DNA from: Minisyncoccota bacterium
GTDB taxonomy: Bacteria > Patescibacteriota > Minisyncoccia > Phycocordibacterales > JAGLOS01
Length of the DNA: 64,000 nucleotides
Direction of reading: 5' to 3'
Assembly (NCBI GenBank): GCA_023137615.1
Contig: JAGLOS010000001.1
Span: 1,067-65,066, forward strand
A program made the translations under genes and the position numbers. Of the stretch, positions 57,607 to 64,000 are shown in pieces. The notes below the pieces were generated by a model. It had not been told where the DNA came from and did not search any database. It saw nothing but the letters and a program-made list of their open reading frames with translations. Position 1 is the first letter of the stretch; the number at the start of each line of letters is the position of its first letter.

Positions 57607-59979
57607 TTACTTGCTACTTAATACTCGTTTACTCATCTCACCCAAATTCTTCCCGACTTCAACCGTCACCTCAAGTGGTACGGCAAAGTCAACAGCCTTC
57701 TCCATGGACTCTTTTAAAATTTTTATCACCTCGTCTATCTTTTTATCCCTTACTTCATATACCAATTCATCATGTATCTGTAATACTATCTTTGCATCAA
57801 CTTCGAGTTTTTCTTTCTCAACCCGCTTCTCTGCTTTTTGCATCGCAATCTTAACAATATCCGCCGCTGTCCCTTGGATAGGCGCATTCATTGCCATTCG
57901 TTCTGCCGCCGCGCGAATATATGGGATAGAAGATCTCATCCCACTAAAATATCGACGTCTACCAAAAAAAGTTTCCGAGTAACCGCTTTTTCGCGCCTGT
58001 GCTTTTACTTTTTCAAAATAGTTTGAAATGGTTGGAAATTTGTCAAAATAGTTGTTGTAAAACTCCTGCGCTTCCTTTCTGCCAGTGCCCAAGTTCTCTT
58101 TAAGAGCATTCACCCCCATTCCGTAAATAATGCCGAAGTTGATCACTTTTGCTTTGCGTCGCATGTCTTTGGTCACTTCGTTCTCTTTTACACCAAAAAC
58201 ATGTGTTGCAACAGCCGTATGCACATCTTCGCCTTTCTTAAAAATACTCGTCAGTTTTTCATCACCAGAGAGAACCGCAAGTACGCGCATTTCAATTTGT
58301 GAATAATCAAGTGCCACAAATGAATATCCCTTCTTGGCAACAAATCCTTTACGGATCGCTTTACCTAGATCACCGGTATTTGGAATATTTTGCATATTTG
58401 GATCACTCGACGAAAATCGCCCTGTGGTTGTACCCGCTTGATGTAGTTTTGCATGCACACGTCCATCTTGACCTACCATATTAGGGATCGTATCAATATA
58501 TGTTGAAAGCATTTTTTGCAATTCCCGATATGAAAGTATCTCATCGATGATCTTATGTTCACCGTGTAATTTTACAAGTTCAGACTCCCGAGTTGAACGT
58601 GCTCCTCCCGCTGTCTTCTTGAGCCCTTTGGTAGAAAGATTTATTTTGTCGAACAAAATTTCTCCCAATTGTTTTGGTGAATTGATATTAAATTCCTCGC
58701 CGGCAAGATCCCATATTTTCTGCTCAAAAATAGTAAGCTTTTTATGGTATTTTATTGAAAGTTTTTTAAAATACGGCACGTCTATCAAAATACCGTTCTT
58801 GTGTGCTCTCTTGAGAATGTTGATAAGTGGCAATTCGATATCGTAATATACTTTATCAAGTTTTCGTTTTTTAAGTTCTTCGATAAGGATCGGTGCTGAT
58901 CCTTTAAATGTTTTTTTGTGAGTAAATGTCAAAATATCTTCGAGCGTAGGATTAGTGAGATCGGAATTTATGATCCACAGTGCCAAATTAGCGCGAAGTA
59001 ATTCCGCTTCGTCTATCTCTTCTTGTTTTTCTTCCGGCAACATACTTTCTGTTACACCTATACCCAACACTGTATTAAGACGTGCAATCATACGACGAAA
59101 TTCCAATTCTTCAAAAAGTTTTTCAACTTTATCGATATCAATGGACTCTGACCACGTTTTCTTTGGTAATTCAAACTCGATCGGTGCATCGCGCCTGATC
59201 GTGGCAAGGGTCTTTGAAAAGAGAGCTTCTTCCTCTCCTTCTTTTAAAAGGTTCACTATACGCGGCTTGATCCCCACTTTTTCAAATTTTGATTCGTCCT
59301 TTTTAAGAATTTTATATATATCCTCAAGTGGACCAAACGATGTAATAAGAGTGGTTGCGGTCTTCTCACCAATCCCTTTTATGCCAATGATATTATCGGA
59401 AGGATCGCCACGAAGTCCTTTATAATCCACAAGCAACGCCGGCTCGAAACCAAATCGATCAAACACCGCTTTTTCATCATATAAAATAGTGTCGTTGATC
59501 CCTTTTTTTAAAGTATAGACAAGTACTTTTTTATTATCAACCAACTGCAGTGTATCCATATCACCGGAAGCAATGATCGTTTTCAGGTCTTTTTGCTTTT
59601 TGGTCTTTTCGACGATCGTTCCGAGAATGTCATCTGCCTCAAACCCTACAGCGTCATACATGGGAATATGGAACGCCTCAAAAATATCCCGCGAACGCTT
59701 TATCTGCTCTATGAGATCATCCTCGGCTTTTGCTCTTCCTCGCTTATAGTCATCATAAACTTCATGACGGAATGTCGGCTCCGGAAGATCATAACACGCT
59801 ATAATATGATCCGGTTTCAATTCATCAACGATCTTGATCACCATCGCAGACACTCCATAGAGCGCGCCGGTAGGCACTCCTTTACTCGATACAAAGTTTG
59901 GCAATGCATGATAAGCGCGGTGCAAGATGGCATGCACATCCAAAAGTACCAGTGTTTTTTGTTTTTTCTTTTCTGTCAT
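57607..59979 (-). CDS. polA: DNA polymerase I
   Basis: 5'-3' exonuclease (HRAYHA, EADD, GDPSDNI) and polymerase motifs DYSQIEMR, KVINFGIIYG, QIHDEL. Confidence 0.97.
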   Translation of the reverse strand: MTEKKKQKTLVLLDVHAILHRAYHALPNFVSSKGVPTGALYGVSAMVIKIVDELKPDHIIACYDLPEPTFRHEVYDDYKRGRAKAEDDLIEQIKRSRDIFEAFHIPMYDAVGFEADDILGTIVEKTKKQKDLKTIIASGDMDTLQLVDNKKVLVYTLKKGINDTILYDEKAVFDRFGFEPALLVDYKGLRGDPSDNIIGIKGIGEKTATTLITSFGPLEDIYKILKKDESKFEKVGIKPRIVNLLKEGEEEALFSKTLATIRRDAPIEFELPKKTWSESIDIDKVEKLFEELEFRRMIARLNTVLGIGVTESMLPEEKQEEIDEAELLRANLALWIINSDLTNPTLEDILTFTHKKTFKGSAPILIEELKKRKLDKVYYDIELPLINILKRAHKNGILIDVPYFKKLSIKYHKKLTIFEQKIWDLAGEEFNINSPKQLGEILFDKINLSTKGLKKTAGGARSTRESELVKLHGEHKIIDEILSYRELQKMLSTYIDTIPNMVGQDGRVHAKLHQAGTTTGRFSSSDPNMQNIPNTGDLGKAIRKGFVAKKGYSFVALDYSQIEMRVLAVLSGDEKLTSIFKKGEDVHTAVATHVFGVKENEVTKDMRRKAKVINFGIIYGMGVNALKENLGTGRKEAQEFYNNYFDKFPTISNYFEKVKAQARKSGYSETFFGRRRYFSGMRSSIPYIRAAAERMAMNAPIQGTAADIVKIAMQKAEKRVEKEKLEVDAKIVLQIHDELVYEVRDKKIDEVIKILKESMEKAVDFAVPLEVTVEVGKNLGEMSKRVLSSK

Positions 59980-59980
59980 A

Positions 59981-60424
59981 CTACCAATCAATATCCCTGA
60001 CCGTCTCATCTACATGTTTTAGTGTCACCCAAAGTGTATTGTCCGGCAGACATTGCCGTACATTTTTCGGCCATTCAATAAATATCAAATTTTGCGGATC
60101 ATTCACAATTCTGTGCCATCCAAGCACGTCAAGCTCGTCGCTTCCTTCAAGCCGATATGCATCAATATGTACAAAACGCGAAAACCGACTCTTTCCTTTT
60201 TTTGGCAGACCATATATCTTCTCTATAACAAACGTCGGGCTCGTGATCGCGCCTTTAACCCCAAGAACATGTGCCACTTCTCTGGTGAAAGTTGTTTTCC
60301 CCGCACCCAGATCTCCTTGAAGTGCCACAACAGTTGCCCAATCTGAATGATATCTTTCGCAATCCGCAACAAGTTTTTTCGCAACAGTCTTTAAGTCTTT
60401 TTGTGTTACTCTCTGCTTTGTCAT
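59981..60424 (-). CDS. tsaE: tRNA t6A biosynthesis ATPase TsaE
   Basis: LQGDLGAGKTTF, SPTF, HIDAYRL, IEW. Confidence 0.96.
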   Translation of the reverse strand: MTKQRVTQKDLKTVAKKLVADCERYHSDWATVVALQGDLGAGKTTFTREVAHVLGVKGAITSPTFVIEKIYGLPKKGKSRFSRFVHIDAYRLEGSDELDVLGWHRIVNDPQNLIFIEWPKNVRQCLPDNTLWVTLKHVDETVRDIDW

Positions 60425-60460
60425 AAGTCCATTCTATCATCATGCTTTGAATTATGAAAC

Positions 60461-60499
60461 AAAAAGAAAAACGCCTTTCGAAAGGCGTTTTTCTTTTTG
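60461..60499. terminator. intrinsic terminator
   Basis: aaaaagaaaaacgcctt-tcga-aaggcgtttttcttttt. Confidence 0.8.
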
Positions 60500-60571
60500 T
60501 TTGGAGCTTTAGGCACTCAAATTTGGAATAATGTTTTTTGTTTATTCCAAATTTGAGGGCCTATGATCATT

Positions 60572-61843
60572 TTATGCAGGTTGACTGCTTTTCTCTTGTG
60601 TAAAACACACTTCCTGATGTTGTTTCATCTCTTCCATCTCTTCCTCGCGATTTTCTCTCTCTTCTTGTTTTCTTTTCTTTGAAACAAAATGGTAATGAGC
60701 TCTTGAAATGACAACATATATGATCACCAGCCATAGTATCCATTCAACAAATGAATCCGGGAGAATACCTCCCGTGGAAAAAGTATTCGTAAGATATGAT
60801 GTTTTTGATCTTGACGTATCAAATCCAAACGAATCCTTTGGTTTACTTATATTTCCATATTCATCCATCACAAAAAGCTGTTCCCGAATAGTACTGCCCC
60901 ATCCAAGCGCCCTGATGATCTCTTTTTGTTCAGATTGCACACCATTGCTTTTGGGAAACAATTCCGTATCGCCGTTCAACTGCATGTCACCTGATATGTC
61001 ACTCGCCGTAATTCCACAAAACGAAACTCCCCCGGAAGCCGCAGTATCATTGTTTATGCTAGGTTTCGAATCCCCGCTTTTCTTTGTGGTAAACCCAACT
61101 ACCGGACCTTCGGTTACACCCGCATCGGTTGAAACAACTGTTCGGTAGTAGTAGGTAAGGTTCGGAGAAAGACCTTTGATCGTATCGTTTATTTCAACAA
61201 GAGAGCGGCTTGCGGGAACATTTTGTTTCTCTGTCTTATTCCCAAGGTATTTAGACACCCCCCATTCAAACCACCCTTGTGCGGGCAGACCACCGGTAAC
61301 AATAGAACCACGAAGTACTGCGGAAGTATCGGTAGACAAAACAATATTTCCGGCGGAAGTTACAACCGGTTTAATGGTCTCCGACCCTACCGCAGCCCCG
61401 CTTGACGAATTCGAAATTGATGAGCCGCCGGCAACCCACTCATTTATAGTAAATCGTTTTATTTCACCATATATAGTCCGGTTTGTCTGTTTATGTCGAG
61501 CAACAGCACGATACACATACTCAACATTCATATCAAGGTAATACACACTGTCTCGAAAATCATCACTTCCTTTAATTGTTTTTTTACCGGTACTTTGTTC
61601 AAAAACACCATTTTTTCCATATTCAAACCATGCAACAGCACTCTCATTTTCATTATTACCCACAAAACCGGAAAAGACCGACCGGTAATCATCGAGTTTA
61701 ATGGGCGGCTGTGTTACAACTTGGAATGTCGCAGCAAAAGCTCCTTCTGATGAGAACAGACTAAGACTAATACCAACCGAAACGACCAATGCTCCACGAA
61801 GAAGATATCCTGCTATTGAATTTTGTAATTGTGTGAAAGTCAT
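60572..61843 (-). CDS. surface protein with two fibronectin type III-like domains and a C-terminal TM
   Basis: signal peptide; repeated WFE(Y/W)G...L....Y.YR.V...G...F.T; LPDSFVEW TM. Confidence 0.75.
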   Translation of the reverse strand: MTFTQLQNSIAGYLLRGALVVSVGISLSLFSSEGAFAATFQVVTQPPIKLDDYRSVFSGFVGNNENESAVAWFEYGKNGVFEQSTGKKTIKGSDDFRDSVYYLDMNVEYVYRAVARHKQTNRTIYGEIKRFTINEWVAGGSSISNSSSGAAVGSETIKPVVTSAGNIVLSTDTSAVLRGSIVTGGLPAQGWFEWGVSKYLGNKTEKQNVPASRSLVEINDTIKGLSPNLTYYYRTVVSTDAGVTEGPVVGFTTKKSGDSKPSINNDTAASGGVSFCGITASDISGDMQLNGDTELFPKSNGVQSEQKEIIRALGWGSTIREQLFVMDEYGNISKPKDSFGFDTSRSKTSYLTNTFSTGGILPDSFVEWILWLVIIYVVISRAHYHFVSKKRKQEERENREEEMEEMKQHQEVCFTQEKSSQPA

Positions 61844-62070
61844 AAGAAATCCTTTAACTTTGAGATATTAGCACAAATTTGTGTTTTTGTCAACCTCAAG
61901 GGTGGAGGTACTTTCTTGCTCAAACGTTGTCTTTGTTATTTCGACCAGCATGCAAGTAGGCGGGCGTTAGAAAGAATAACAAAGTGGTAAAAAATAAATC
62001 ATCTCGCAGTAGAATCAACGGGGGTAATCCATTTGTTTTTTCATTCGAAAAACGATATTATTTAGTAACA

Positions 62071-63765
62071 ATGATAAAATTTGACGACAACGATCAAAAT
62101 CTTCGGGTTGACGCTCTTCACAAACAAGAAGAGGAACGTCTTATCGAAATGTTATCTAAAAAATATGATCTCCCTTATATAAAGATCGTTCCTCAAATGG
62201 TCAACATTGAGGCGGTATCACTTATCCCTGAAAAGGTTGCTCGAGAATCATTCATCGCTTCATACGACATACCCTCAAAAAATCAAATTGCTCTAGCTGT
62301 TTTTTCCCCCAACAACCCAAAAACACAGAAAGTCATAGATTCTTTAAACCAAAAAGGCCTTTCCACAACCGTATCGATGGCATCGAGAGATAGCTTGAAC
62401 ATTGTGTGGGAAAGGTACAAAGAAATATCTTTGGCAAAAAAATCTGAGGTCGGGGTTCTTGATGTCACTAGCGATGATATTAGTGTCCTTATGGAAGGGG
62501 TCTCTAATATAAACGAACTTACTACAAAGATAACTGAACTGCTCAACTCAAAATCCACAAACAGACTTTCACGAATATTTGAATTCATCCTTTCCGGTGC
62601 TTTTGTGATCAAATCATCAGACATACATATGGAACCACAAGAGAACGGGGTTCGTGTTCGCTACAGAATAGATGGTGTTCTTCAAGATGTGATAAATATT
62701 GATCATGAAATATACAAAAGGATCAGCACACGAGTTAAGCTCCTCTCCGGTCTAAAATTAAACGTACAAAGAGACACACAAGACGGACGTTTTAGTATTC
62801 GATTTAAAAATACAGACATTGAAATACGCACATCAGTCCTTCCGGGGCAACATGGAGAATCAATTGTTTTACGTATTCTTGATCCTGAATCCATTTCCGT
62901 ATCCCTTGAGGGGCTTGGGATCAATAACCAACTCCTCACAATCTTAAAAAAAGAGATAACTAAACCAACAGGAATGATCCTCACCACAGGACCAACAGGA
63001 GCCGGAAAGACCACCACTCTCTACGCTTTTTTGAAAAAAGTACTTAATCCTGATATTAAAATAATTACTATTGAAGATCCGGTAGAGTACCATATCAACA
63101 ACATTGTTCAAACGCAGGTCAATCGTTCAACCAACTACACGTTCTTGAGTGGACTCCGTGCAGCATTGAGACAAGATCCGGACATTATTATGATAGGTGA
63201 GATTCGAGACGGTGAAACAGCAAAGATCGCCGTTAACGCCTCACTCACAGGACATTTGGTGCTCTCAACCCTGCATACAAATTCAGCGGCAGGAACGATC
63301 CCTCGATTGATCGATCTGGGAATCAACCCAAAAGTGCTTGCAACAGCAATGAGTGTCTCAATGGCCCAGCGTCTTGTCCGCAAACTGTGTAATGATTGTA
63401 AAGTTGCAAGTACACCCAAGGCAGGTGAATTGACGATCTTAAAACATATTGTTAAAAAAATAAACATCAAACATCCCGACTCTCAAGTTACGGTACCACA
63501 AACAATATATAATGCCCGCGAGGGTGGTTGTGAAAAATGTAATGGTGTTGGATATATTGGACGAATCGGAGTGTATGAAGCAATCCTTATGGATGAAACA
63601 ATAGAAGAACTCCTTGATAAAAACCCAAGTGAAAAAGAGATCGTCACCGCCGCGATCCCGCAAGGGATATTCAATATGCAAGAAGACGGTATTATGAAAG
63701 TCATTGAAGGAACCACTTCACTTCATGAACTTGGACGAGTGCTTGATATTGAGATAGATACATAA
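62071..63765 (+). CDS. GspE/PulE family type IV pilus assembly ATPase (PilB-like)
   Basis: SDIHMEP, QDGRF, TGPTGAGKTTTLY, EDPVEY, RQDPDIIMIGEIRD, TGHLVLSTLHTN, Zn CxxC pairs. Confidence 0.95.
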   Translation: MIKFDDNDQNLRVDALHKQEEERLIEMLSKKYDLPYIKIVPQMVNIEAVSLIPEKVARESFIASYDIPSKNQIALAVFSPNNPKTQKVIDSLNQKGLSTTVSMASRDSLNIVWERYKEISLAKKSEVGVLDVTSDDISVLMEGVSNINELTTKITELLNSKSTNRLSRIFEFILSGAFVIKSSDIHMEPQENGVRVRYRIDGVLQDVINIDHEIYKRISTRVKLLSGLKLNVQRDTQDGRFSIRFKNTDIEIRTSVLPGQHGESIVLRILDPESISVSLEGLGINNQLLTILKKEITKPTGMILTTGPTGAGKTTTLYAFLKKVLNPDIKIITIEDPVEYHINNIVQTQVNRSTNYTFLSGLRAALRQDPDIIMIGEIRDGETAKIAVNASLTGHLVLSTLHTNSAAGTIPRLIDLGINPKVLATAMSVSMAQRLVRKLCNDCKVASTPKAGELTILKHIVKKINIKHPDSQVTVPQTIYNAREGGCEKCNGVGYIGRIGVYEAILMDETIEELLDKNPSEKEIVTAAIPQGIFNMQEDGIMKVIEGTTSLHELGRVLDIEIDT

Positions 63766-64000
63766 AAAACCGCGACACGCGCGGTTAATGATCATATTCT
63801 CTATTCTTCACAACAACACTCTTACGCCTTGGACGCAAGATTAATCCAATAAACTAAGGAGTATTGCAGTAATCATTTGTTGTAAAACAAAGATAAAAAA
63901 AGAGATCATGCTCTTTCCACCACAAAGTCCTCGTCTACTAAACGTGAACGCATTTGGTAAAATGCGTGGTAAAATGCGCGGCTACTGTGAAGAGTGGAAA

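Noticed and set aside
63949-63980. tggtaaaatgcg tandem repeat at the window end
   Set aside because: Only two copies; probably inside a minus-strand gene truncated by the window edge.
1-64000. Alternative genetic code (UGA=Gly) or a prophage
   Set aside because: Long conserved genes are intact in code 11 and several end in TGA; no phage structural or integrase genes were recognised.

Overview
AT-rich window of a small-genome bacterium using genetic code 11. Gene content and style suggest Patescibacteria/Parcubacteria (CPR), but this is inference. The backbone is housekeeping: secE-nusG-rplK, murD2-murL, murE, pgi, gpmA, metK behind a SAM-I riboswitch, rplS, rpsT, uppS, class I LysRS, ruvA, ruvX, polA, holA-like, tsaE, and three type IV pilus loci. 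Seven tRNAs are present: His, Leu, Val, Arg-UCU, Ser, Arg-GCG and Lys. The most striking unexplained signal is non-coding. Every tRNA is followed by a copy of its own 3' end. In five cases this copy is part of a shared structured element: hairpin, ANTISENSE copy of that tRNA's T-arm/acceptor, a core (clearly homologous at four loci), then a sense copy restarting in the T-loop. Two tRNAs also have their 5' end duplicated upstream, with a short ORF reading into the copy. A second family of nested palindromic repeats occurs between genes. Other notable items: an Ile-rich leader-peptide attenuator ahead of ridA-ilvA, a small transcript with two paralogous micro-ORFs, two toxin genes apparently inactivated by internal deletion, a palindrome-delimited cassette region, and an RHH-nucleotidyltransferase fusion. 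No CRISPR array, rRNA, integrase or transposase gene was recognised. All calls were made by eye without database searches.
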